A DNA stretch of 64,000 nt from a bacterium (GTDB taxonomy: Bacteria; Patescibacteriota; Minisyncoccia; Phycocordibacterales; UBA9973). The stretch's first letter is position 1, and each line of letters starts with the position of its first letter. Under the pieces are notes generated by a model. It saw nothing but the letters and a program-made list of their open reading frames with translations. It did not search any database and had not been told where the DNA came from. The position numbers were made by a program, and so were the translations under genes. Where the stretch lies: the NCBI GenBank assembly GCA_037127795.1, contig JBAXXQ010000001.1, positions 78,607 through 142,606 of the forward strand, read 5' to 3'. Of this stretch, positions 9,778 to 17,968 are shown piece by piece.

Positions 9778-10215
9778 ATGCAAAAGATTCAATTTAAAAA
9801 AACATATTTTTTAATTATTTCAGATAGGCTTGTTACAAGACTTGGTCGCTTAATATCTCTCGGTGATAATGCTATGGCTATCACATTCTGGCCGTTACTT
9901 ATAGTGCGACCCTCTACAAAAGACAATGCAGAGCTTATTCGCCATGAGACAATTCATATCAGACAACAAATAGAACTTCTTGTTATTGGTGCACACCTTT
10001 TATATCTTGTTGAATATTGTTATGCCAGATATATTAAAAAATTTGATAAACGCCAAGCGTATTACTATACAGCAATAGAACAAGAAGCTCACAGGAATGC
10101 AATGAAAGAGGATTATTTGAAAACAAGAAAACCATATGCGGTTTTGTATTACATACGAAACAAAAAATGGCTTGCTCGTGGTCCACAGGGTGAACTTATA
10201 GAAAAAGAGTACTAA
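9778..10215 (+). CDS. hypothetical protein with HExxH (HETIH) zincin-like motif
   Basis: HETIH within a 145-aa partly hydrophobic protein; family not assignable by eye. Confidence 0.35.
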   Translation: MQKIQFKKTYFLIISDRLVTRLGRLISLGDNAMAITFWPLLIVRPSTKDNAELIRHETIHIRQQIELLVIGAHLLYLVEYCYARYIKKFDKRQAYYYTAIEQEAHRNAMKEDYLKTRKPYAVLYYIRNKKWLARGPQGELIEKEY

Positions 10216-10220
10216 AATAA

Positions 10221-10250
10221 AAAGCCCCAGAATTTTCTGAGGCTTTTTAA
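10221..10250. terminator. bidirectional terminator
   Basis: aaaagccccagaattttctgaggcttttt between convergent genes. Confidence 0.6.
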
Positions 10251-10252
10251 TA

Positions 10253-10474
10253 TTACATTTCTTCGTAGCGATCGCCGAACATATATTCTTCGAATTCAGG
10301 ATCTGTATCATCATCTTCTGGTTCTTCTTTTTTCTTTCCGGTGATGGGGTCTATATCAGAATCTGCGAGAGGATCGATTATATCATCGTCGACGATAGGA
10401 TCTTCTATTTCGTCTTCTTCGATAATAACCGCACTTGGGTCGAGCTCGTCTTTGTTGAATTCAGTTTCATCCAT
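10253..10474 (-). CDS. highly acidic small protein (73 aa, ~45% D/E), downstream of ruvC on same strand
   Basis: MDETEFNKDELDPSAVIIEEDEIEDPIVDDDIIDPLADSDIDPITGKKKEEPEDDDTDPEFEEY... Confidence 0.4.
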   Translation of the reverse strand: MDETEFNKDELDPSAVIIEEDEIEDPIVDDDIIDPLADSDIDPITGKKKEEPEDDDTDPEFEEYMFGDRYEEM

Positions 10475-10556
10475 AAATCAAATATATGATAACAATTTTT
10501 TATTTTAATAATGCAATTATTTGTATCAAAATATAGTTTTCTTTGCAAGTCTTTTT

Positions 10557-11039
10557 CTACAATTCCCAGTTTTTTTGTTTTATAGCTCCCAATGAGGCTA
10601 TTCCGAGCGCGATAGCATCTATTTCGTCATCAAGTTTTTTGTCTGTATTTATGTGTAGTGTGAGCTGTACCATCTTTTGTACTTGCTCTTTATTGGCGTT
10701 TCCTATGCCCGTGAGGGCTAGTTTGACCTCTTGAGGGGAGAGTTCTATGAGTGGGATTTTGTGTAGCCCAGCGAGGAGTACAAATACACCGCGCGCTTGT
10801 GCAACATTGATTACTGTCTTTTTATTTACCGAAAAAAACAACGTTTCCAATGCAATATATGCAGGCTTTTCTTGCATGAGAATTTTTTCAGCCTCTGTAT
10901 AGATATATGCGAGGCGTTTTTCTATGGAATCTTTTTTGTCTGTGGTGATACACGCAGAATGTAATATCGCACCCTCTGTATCGAGAAGGGCAATACCACA
11001 TCTATCGTACCCAGGATCTATAGCGAGGATTTTTATCAT
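10557..11039 (-). CDS. ruvC: crossover junction endodeoxyribonuclease RuvC
   Basis: MIKILAIDPGYDRCGIALLD N-terminal catalytic Asp region; 160 aa. Confidence 0.9.
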   Translation of the reverse strand: MIKILAIDPGYDRCGIALLDTEGAILHSACITTDKKDSIEKRLAYIYTEAEKILMQEKPAYIALETLFFSVNKKTVINVAQARGVFVLLAGLHKIPLIELSPQEVKLALTGIGNANKEQVQKMVQLTLHINTDKKLDDEIDAIALGIASLGAIKQKNWEL

Positions 11040-12034
11040 GCAATATAATGTCTGCCTTTTTCTGTAATAACACGACCGCGTTGGGTGCGTTCGAGGAGGC
11101 CGAGCTGTATAAGGTATGGCTCGATGACGTCTTCTATAGTCCCTTCATCTTCGCCTGTTGCTGCGGCAATGTTTTTTACTCCCACAGGGCCACCACCAAA
11201 TTTATCTTGTATGGTGTGTAGTATTGCAATATCATTTTTTGATAAACCGAGCGCATCAAGTCCGAGGAGATCAAACGCTTCCATAACAGATGCAGTATCA
11301 ATATTTTTTTGTTGCATTTGTGCATAGTCTCGCACACGACGGAGAAGGTAGTTTGCTATACGAGGAGTTTTGCGACTGCGGCTTGCTATATGATCTGTCT
11401 CTTCTTGGGGGATAGGGATAGAAAGGATTTCTGCAGAGCGAGTGAGGATCTTTTTTATTTCTTCATCGGTATAAAATTCCAAACGAAATGTCCCTCCAGA
11501 GAATCGTGAACGCAATGGAGAAGATACCATACCAAAACGAGTCGTTGCAGCGAGTAGTGTAAACGGGGGAAGCTCAAGTTGGATTGCGCGAGCAGAAGGA
11601 CCTTTACCAATCATGATATCCATCTTGCCTGTTTCCATTACAGGGTACAAAATTTCTTCAATAGTTTTGTTGAGTCGATGAATTTCATCGATAAATAAAA
11701 TATCACCAGGTTTGAGGTTGGTAAGTATTGCAGCGAGATCACCAACACGCTCTATAGAAGGGCCTGAAGTAATTTTTATTTGTGCACCGACTTCGCGAGC
11801 GATCACATGGGCGAGTGTTGTCTTACCGAGACCTGGTGGTCCATAAAAAAGTATGTGTTCAGGGGCATGTCCGCGAGATTTTGCGGCTCCTATGAGGATA
11901 GAAAGGTTCTTTTTTATCTGGCTTTGGCCGATATATTCGTCAAAAGAATTTGGACGCAACACATTGTCGCTGAATTGGTCATCGAGGCTGGCAGATATAG
12001 GTGTTTTTGGTGTGTTGGTGGGGGTACTTGACAT
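11036..12034 (-). CDS. ruvB: Holliday junction branch-migration ATPase RuvB
   Basis: Walker A GPPGLGKTTLAHVIA, sensor and winged-helix regions; 4-nt overlap with ruvC. Confidence 0.95.
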   Translation of the reverse strand: MSSTPTNTPKTPISASLDDQFSDNVLRPNSFDEYIGQSQIKKNLSILIGAAKSRGHAPEHILFYGPPGLGKTTLAHVIAREVGAQIKITSGPSIERVGDLAAILTNLKPGDILFIDEIHRLNKTIEEILYPVMETGKMDIMIGKGPSARAIQLELPPFTLLAATTRFGMVSSPLRSRFSGGTFRLEFYTDEEIKKILTRSAEILSIPIPQEETDHIASRSRKTPRIANYLLRRVRDYAQMQQKNIDTASVMEAFDLLGLDALGLSKNDIAILHTIQDKFGGGPVGVKNIAAATGEDEGTIEDVIEPYLIQLGLLERTQRGRVITEKGRHYIA

Positions 12035-12295
12035 ATTTTTTGTAGTATGCTATGCTATCTCTAGAACGTACTTATCTAGTGTACTACAAAAAAGCAGCAA
12101 TCTCTAAGCAGTCAGCCTACGGTTCTAAGTTTAGGCCAAGGACGCTTTGGTTCCGACTGGTGCTATCCTCGAAATATTCTTTACTTATATTTTCTAATAT
12201 CTATAAGGACTGTTTAGAGATTAGTGCTTTTTTGTTCATATATAAAAATTTTTTATATATACAAAATATCTGTATGAAAATATAGACTTATAAAA

Positions 12296-12330
12296 TAAAA
12301 ACACCCAGTAGTTATATTGGGTGTTTTTAT
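12296..12330. terminator. bidirectional hairpin (A-run/stem/T-run)
   Basis: aaaataaaaacacccagtagttatattgggtgtttttatttt. Confidence 0.55.
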
Positions 12331-14324
12331 TTTATGCAGTATACTCATATATAGTGTATATACTTTTTTCTAATCATAAAAAAACTTTTTTTGCACTCGC
12401 ATTTGTATTGTGTTTCGGTGCATCTATTTCATACGCAGACAGAGTCGCGCCATATAGTGCAGGAGAAACACTCGATCCAGACTGTGCGCCAAATAGTGGG
12501 GTGAATTGCAGTGTGCATATCACAACCGGGGGAGGAAGTCAGACATTGCAACAAGTACTTACTGCAGGAAGTACGCTGACACAAGATATTACTATTGATG
12601 CGACAGGGCACAGTCTCACTATTAATACAGATAATCTAAACCTAAATGCACTTAATGGTAATACTATAATTCAAGGGGGTGGCGGAACAGAGTTTGATTT
12701 GTTAAATAATGGCAGTATTACTCTTGCTGCTGGTGCTGGTGATATATTATTTGATAATCCGGGTTCAAATTATTTTAAGCTTAAATATAATGGGTCTAAT
12801 GAATTTGTTTCAACCAATGGTACGAATATAACCGATAGTACATATGGAAATGCGTTATTTCTTGCTAATGATGGCTCAGCAAGTCTTACTTCAACAAACG
12901 GTAGTGATATATCTTTAAATGCTGATCACGATATTATATTAACCGCACCCAATGATGCTATTTCTATAGCATCACCGCAGGTAGATGTTATTAGTAGTAA
13001 TGGGGGGCAAGGTCTTCATATGGGGTTGTTTGGTTCAACAAAAATAACGGCAATTAATGGAGAGGATTTGCAATTGGTCAATGATAATAATAATAACTTT
13101 ATACACCTGAGTGGTAATGGTGCTACTTCTATTACTTCGCAAAATTCTCAAGATATAAATATTACTGGTGATGAGCGAGTAATTATTACTGCAAACGATA
13201 ATTTGAATAATAATTATGGTATTGAACTTCATGCAGGAACCGCACAAGCATATTTTAATAAAGATGCTGATATAAATTTTCAAACAGGAGATAGAAGTTT
13301 CTTTGATATGGGTGGTGGGGGAAATATTGATTTTGTAAACGGAAATCATTCAAACGAATTCACTCTTGATCAAGATGGTGGAATCACAGCAATAACTACA
13401 AACGGGTACCCTTTTAATGTTACTGCAAATAATGGTGATATATATCTACAAAGCACTACACATAATAATGGTTTATTTATTCAAAATGACGGATCTTCAT
13501 ATATAACAGCAAGTTTTGAGCTTGGTATTTCAAATACGACATCAAATGCTCGAATATATATGGAAAATAATGGCAACATGCAATTATTTGCTACAAATAG
13601 TGCCAATATGGATTTTGATGTACGTAGTGGAAAGTTTAGTTTTACTGCAGCCACCGGTAATAATACTCCTGTGGTTATAGGTACAAACTCTGGTAATACC
13701 TGTACTTTCTCTACTACCACCGGTACATTCGCATGTGCATCTGATGTACGCCTCAAGCATAATATAAACTCGCTCGATAGTACTGCATTATCAAAAATAC
13801 TTTCATTGAATCCTGTAACGTTTAATTACAACTGGCAATCACCAACAGATGCATCAGTACCAGGATTTATTGCGCAAGAATTTGAGACAGTATTTCCTGA
13901 TATGGTAAGTATTGATCCGACTACGGGGTATAAATCTCTCTCATACACTCCACTTATTCCATACACCATAAAAGCAATACAAGATATACATACTCAAACC
14001 ACAAACCTCGCAAGCCTTACAGGAGACACAGGGAATACACTCAAGGGTGCATTGATAGCTTGGTTTGCCGATATACATAACGGTATTACAAAATTATTTG
14101 CAGATGAGGTTGATACCAATAAATTGTGTGTTGGTGCAGTGTGTGTGACTAGTGATCAATTTTTACAGATGGTACAACAAATACAAACGCAAAATACTGT
14201 ACAAAATAATATTCCAAGTAGTACTCCTGTTGTAGATCCTGTAGTTCCTAGTACTACACAAACACCACCTAGTATAGATACTCCAACTACGCCACCTACA
14301 GATGCTCCAATAGTGACTCAATAA
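12321..14324 (+). CDS. secreted beta-helix/tail-fibre-like protein with C-terminal Peptidase_S74 intramolecular chaperone domain
   Basis: Signal peptide KKTFFALAFVLCFGASISYA (true start probably GTG ~12354); Gly/Asn/Thr-rich repeats; C-terminus SDVRLKHNINSLDSTALSKILSLNPVTFNYNW...GFIAQEFETVFPDMV...GYKSLSYTPLIPYTIKAIQDI matches the S74 endosialidase/tail-fibre chaperone domain; Pro/Thr-rich tail. Confidence 0.6.
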   Translation: MFLFYAVYSYIVYILFSNHKKTFFALAFVLCFGASISYADRVAPYSAGETLDPDCAPNSGVNCSVHITTGGGSQTLQQVLTAGSTLTQDITIDATGHSLTINTDNLNLNALNGNTIIQGGGGTEFDLLNNGSITLAAGAGDILFDNPGSNYFKLKYNGSNEFVSTNGTNITDSTYGNALFLANDGSASLTSTNGSDISLNADHDIILTAPNDAISIASPQVDVISSNGGQGLHMGLFGSTKITAINGEDLQLVNDNNNNFIHLSGNGATSITSQNSQDINITGDERVIITANDNLNNNYGIELHAGTAQAYFNKDADINFQTGDRSFFDMGGGGNIDFVNGNHSNEFTLDQDGGITAITTNGYPFNVTANNGDIYLQSTTHNNGLFIQNDGSSYITASFELGISNTTSNARIYMENNGNMQLFATNSANMDFDVRSGKFSFTAATGNNTPVVIGTNSGNTCTFSTTTGTFACASDVRLKHNINSLDSTALSKILSLNPVTFNYNWQSPTDASVPGFIAQEFETVFPDMVSIDPTTGYKSLSYTPLIPYTIKAIQDIHTQTTNLASLTGDTGNTLKGALIAWFADIHNGITKLFADEVDTNKLCVGAVCVTSDQFLQMVQQIQTQNTVQNNIPSSTPVVDPVVPSTTQTPPSIDTPTTPPTDAPIVTQ

Positions 14325-14332
14325 AAAAACCT

Positions 14333-14360
14333 TTCAATTAAGAAAGGTTTTTTTATTTAT
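14333..14360. terminator. bidirectional terminator
   Basis: aaaaaaacctttcaattaagaaaggtttttttattt between convergent genes. Confidence 0.7.
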
Positions 14361-16072
14361 TCCATATCGACGACACTTTGTACTTCTTCAAAATCTGTAA
14401 TACCTTGGAGGATTTTTACGAGGCCATCTTCGCGCATATCGAGAGTGCCTTGTTGGTCAGCAATTTTTTTGATATCGCGCTCAGTAGGGTTTTGCATAAT
14501 GATATGTTCAATATTTTCATCCATTTGTATTGCTTCAAAAACACCAAGCCGTCCTTTGTAGCCTGTGTGGTTGCAGTGAGTACAGCCTTTTGCTGCAACA
14601 AGTGTTTGTACGTCTCGTTGTACACCAAATTGTGCCATATCTTTTTTATTTGCTATAGCATTGTCCCAAATTTTTTGTATCAAAAGTGTTTCTTTTTCTG
14701 TGACAGGGCGATCATAGCGACATTCAGTACAAATTTTTCGTACAAGACGCTGCGCAATAGAAAGCGAAAGAGCGGATACGAGAATCTTTGGATTCACATC
14801 AAGATCGATAAGGCGGGGGATAACACCAGACGCATTGTTGGTGTGCAGTGTTGAAAATACCAAGTGTCCAGTAAGTGCACTTTCTACTGCGATTTTTGCT
14901 GTTTCACTGTCTCGGATTTCTCCCACCATGATTGTATCTGGATCTTGTCGAAGTGCCGATCGAAGCCCTTCGAGGAAGGTATAGCCAAGTTTGTGATCTA
15001 CTTGTGTCTGTGTGATACCAGGAAGGTGGTATTCGATAGGGTCTTCGATGGTAATAATTTTTATTTCAGGAGAAAATATTTTTTGCAAAAAGGCATACAA
15101 AGTGGTGGTCTTTCCAGATCCTGTCGGCCCAGTAAGGAGTATCATGCCGTGAGGTTTTTTGATCTCTTTCATAAAAAGCTCATACATGGGGGCAGAGATT
15201 CCCATTTGGTCGAGTTGTACACGAATAGATTTTGGATTCAAAATACGAAGCACAATACTTTCGCCATATGCGCCTGGGATAAGTGATGTACGAAAACTAA
15301 TTTCTATTTTTTCTTCGTCTTTTGTTCCACCAAGGAATGCACTAAATCGTCCGTCTTGGGCATTGGCTACTTGAGTGAGCTTGAGTCCTGAAATAAGTTT
15401 TACGCGAGTGTTGAGCTGGTGGTATGTTGCCGTATCAAACATAGTGATGACATGGAGTACGCCGTCGAGACGAAAACGCAATTCAGCGTTATTTTCCATA
15501 GGTTCTATGTGTACATCAGATGCACCAAGTCCAATACCGCATCCAAGAATAATTTCGAGGATACGAGAGAGGTGGTGCATTGAAGTGTCGTTTTTTGCGA
15601 GATCAATACGAGTAGTCGCATCATCAAGAGTTTTTACAGAGACTGCGAGCTCTTCGAGAACCTCAGGAGAAATATCGAGTCCACCACTACGAGAAGTAGT
15701 TGCAAAAGAAAGATCTTCGTAGTGAGTCCATACTTTCTTTATACTTTTTTCACTTGCCATATTAAATACAACTTCGAAACCATCTGCCTCAAGTTTTTCT
15801 TTTGCGCTTCGTGCGCCAGTTGCAATAGGGGATCGTACTGCGAGAAAGAGCTTCTTACCAATAAGTTTGTATGGGCCAACATCAAAATGTTTTGCTTCTT
15901 CTTCGGTGAGGAGGCGAATTGCGTCATTACTAATAGTTTGACTTTCAAGATTTACATAAGGAATTTGGTACTTTTCTTCGGCGAGTGTCTTAACAAGAGA
16001 TTCTTCTTCTTGCTCTCGAAGAGTTCTAAGTCGTTTGTTTTGTTGTGTTTCATCAAAGGTTACCATAATCAA
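14357..16072 (-). CDS. pilB: type IV pilus assembly / type II secretion ATPase (PilB/GspE family)
   Basis: Walker A LLTGPTGSGKTTTL, Asp box, His box; tetracysteine CTECRYD...CTHCNHTGYKGR; N-terminal GspII_E-N-like domain. Confidence 0.85.
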   Translation of the reverse strand: MIMVTFDETQQNKRLRTLREQEEESLVKTLAEEKYQIPYVNLESQTISNDAIRLLTEEEAKHFDVGPYKLIGKKLFLAVRSPIATGARSAKEKLEADGFEVVFNMASEKSIKKVWTHYEDLSFATTSRSGGLDISPEVLEELAVSVKTLDDATTRIDLAKNDTSMHHLSRILEIILGCGIGLGASDVHIEPMENNAELRFRLDGVLHVITMFDTATYHQLNTRVKLISGLKLTQVANAQDGRFSAFLGGTKDEEKIEISFRTSLIPGAYGESIVLRILNPKSIRVQLDQMGISAPMYELFMKEIKKPHGMILLTGPTGSGKTTTLYAFLQKIFSPEIKIITIEDPIEYHLPGITQTQVDHKLGYTFLEGLRSALRQDPDTIMVGEIRDSETAKIAVESALTGHLVFSTLHTNNASGVIPRLIDLDVNPKILVSALSLSIAQRLVRKICTECRYDRPVTEKETLLIQKIWDNAIANKKDMAQFGVQRDVQTLVAAKGCTHCNHTGYKGRLGVFEAIQMDENIEHIIMQNPTERDIKKIADQQGTLDMREDGLVKILQGITDFEEVQSVVDME

Positions 16073-16115
16073 AATAAGTATATATCAAAGCCTCAAAAAC
16101 CCCCAATACCACGAG

Positions 16116-16144
16116 CTTGACAAATAAGCACAAATCTGCTATAC
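16116..16144 (+). promoter_or_regulatory. sigma70-like promoter TTGACA-N17-TATACT (with TGc extended -10)
   Basis: cTTGACAaataagcacaaatcTGcTATACT upstream of 16187 ORF; near-identical copy at 17177-17205. Confidence 0.6.
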
Positions 16145-16186
16145 TAATATCAGAAAACAAATTAAATAATCTATAAATTAAGTTTT

Positions 16187-17110
16187 ATGAAAAAAATGTT
16201 CTTTGTCATTGCAATAATAACTATGAGTATATTTTCTGCGCAAGCAGGAGATAAAAAGGGTAATGGTGTATTACATGGAAAAGAGTATGGATTACATGCT
16301 CAAAATAATGAGTTGCAACAATTTTTGTTACACTACACTGAGCCAGACTACAAGAAAAAATATAAAAAAATTCTTGCGTTTGATGTAAATTCTGCAGGGG
16401 ATTCGTATAAACAATTTCTTGCAGAAGTATTTCCTGGTGAAAAATTTGAAGACATTCTTAGTGGATCAGAAGAGATTGATTTACCGGCAGATTTGTCTGG
16501 TGAATATTTTATCGGATATGTTCCATTAGATGCGACATCATTTGAATGGTTTTCAAGGAAGTCTCATATTGCTGAAAAAGGTTTAAGATATAAGGGTATT
16601 TTCTGGGCGTCAACGTATTGTTGGAATCCAATAAAGAAAAAACCTGCTGTTAAACAACAAACTGTTGCAACAGTGCCTGTAGCTCCTCCTCAACAACAAG
16701 TGGTAACAACACCAGCACCAGCGGTTGTATATCAACCTGCCCCTCAACAGCAAGTGGTAACACAACAACCAGTTACAGTACTGCCAATACAAACACAATA
16801 TGTTATGTATCAGCAGCCACAAGTCGTGTATGTACAACAACCTCAACAGATTGTGTACAATACTGGGTATTCTGGTTGTAATGGTTATGGTTACTATGGT
16901 GGAAATTACAGCTTTGGCGATCATGTATTAAGCTCAGCTGTTAATGTAGGCGCTTATTGGGCAAAAAGTGCAATACGAAATAGTTATCAAAATAACAATT
17001 CGTATCAGCAAAACAATTCCTACCAACATACGAATACTAATTATTCTAACAATAATAGTAATCAATCTGGTGGGGGGCCTCGTTCAGCGGCTACATACAG
17101 TCATCATTAA
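16187..17110 (+). CDS. secreted Gln/Pro/Val-rich repeat protein with N/Q/Y-rich C-terminus
   Basis: Signal peptide MKKMFFVIAIITMSIFSAQA; repeated QQQVVT units; low-complexity tail. Confidence 0.5.
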   Translation: MKKMFFVIAIITMSIFSAQAGDKKGNGVLHGKEYGLHAQNNELQQFLLHYTEPDYKKKYKKILAFDVNSAGDSYKQFLAEVFPGEKFEDILSGSEEIDLPADLSGEYFIGYVPLDATSFEWFSRKSHIAEKGLRYKGIFWASTYCWNPIKKKPAVKQQTVATVPVAPPQQQVVTTPAPAVVYQPAPQQQVVTQQPVTVLPIQTQYVMYQQPQVVYVQQPQQIVYNTGYSGCNGYGYYGGNYSFGDHVLSSAVNVGAYWAKSAIRNSYQNNNSYQQNNSYQHTNTNYSNNNSNQSGGGPRSAATYSHH

Positions 17111-17176
17111 TTGCAAAAAAGCTTTATTTAAAAGGACATCTTCGGATGTCCTTTTCTTATTTCTTATTATAAGTAC

Positions 17177-17205
17177 TTGACAAAATTATATAAATCTGCT
17201 ATACT
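17177..17205 (+). promoter_or_regulatory. sigma70-like promoter TTGACA-N17-TATACT (duplicate of 16116-16144 motif)
   Basis: cTTGACAaaattatataaatcTGcTATACT. Confidence 0.6.
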
Positions 17206-17247
17206 ATACTCAGAAACAAATTAAATCATATATAAACTTTTTGCAAC

Positions 17248-17835
17248 ATGAAAAAGATATATCAGTTCCTTGTCGTAGTAATTATAGTAGTTTTCTCGTC
17301 ATGTGCAGCTAGTAAGCCGCAGATGCCAGTTATCATCAGTACAACAAATCCTGTCAGCGCTACGCCTGCCGTAGTAAATCAGGCACCAATGGTGCAGCCA
17401 CAGCAAAATCAGTTGATGTATACGTTTATTCCAGGGGAAGTAGTAGTACCCATGAATGAATATATGAATACTGAAGGTACAGGATACATCGCTACACCAC
17501 CAGTAACAAATCCGTCTTGGAATACTTTTTATAATGAGTATACCAAGCAGTGGTACGATGATGCTCCTCAAGCTGTCGGTAGTGGCAAGTATGCTTCAGT
17601 AAAATTTCTATATCAAGACCAACAAGGTCATATATATGAAAAAATGCTTACTGCTGAGTTTGAAACAACTGTTGGATTAGGAGATTTTGCAAAAGAAATT
17701 TACCTAAAAACAACAAATGGTTACCTTGCAAAATATCAATACCCAAACGGAACCGTTCCTTATATTCCAGGAGCAGGCTTTCATAAGGTTGGATTACGAT
17801 TCTTTGGTGGAAAGTTGTGGATTACGAGCCATTAA
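17248..17835 (+). CDS. putative lipoprotein
   Basis: Signal peptide with lipobox-like VVFSSC; 195 aa. Confidence 0.5.
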   Translation: MKKIYQFLVVVIIVVFSSCAASKPQMPVIISTTNPVSATPAVVNQAPMVQPQQNQLMYTFIPGEVVVPMNEYMNTEGTGYIATPPVTNPSWNTFYNEYTKQWYDDAPQAVGSGKYASVKFLYQDQQGHIYEKMLTAEFETTVGLGDFAKEIYLKTTNGYLAKYQYPNGTVPYIPGAGFHKVGLRFFGGKLWITSH

Positions 17836-17893
17836 TTACTATTACTACATTTTTTACAAAAGTCACGATGATCTTCATTGTGGCTTTTTTATA

Positions 17894-17922
17894 TTGACAA
17901 ATATTTTTATATATGCTATATT
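17894..17922 (+). promoter_or_regulatory. sigma70-like promoter TTGACA-N17-TATATT
   Basis: aTTGACAaatatttttatatatgcTATATT upstream of ATG 17969. Confidence 0.5.
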
Positions 17923-17968
17923 CTACATAGTCGATTTACAGAGACAAAAATACTATACTTATATACAT

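Noticed and set aside
16610-16924. 104-aa minus-strand ORF inside the Q/P-rich secreted protein gene
   Set aside because: It is an antisense low-complexity translation of a repeat region.
17717-17968. N-terminal 84 codons of the 17717-19966 ORF-track call
   Set aside because: They overlap the preceding lipoprotein gene and precede a TTGACA-N17-TATATT promoter. The true start is ATG 17969, which has an obvious signal peptide.
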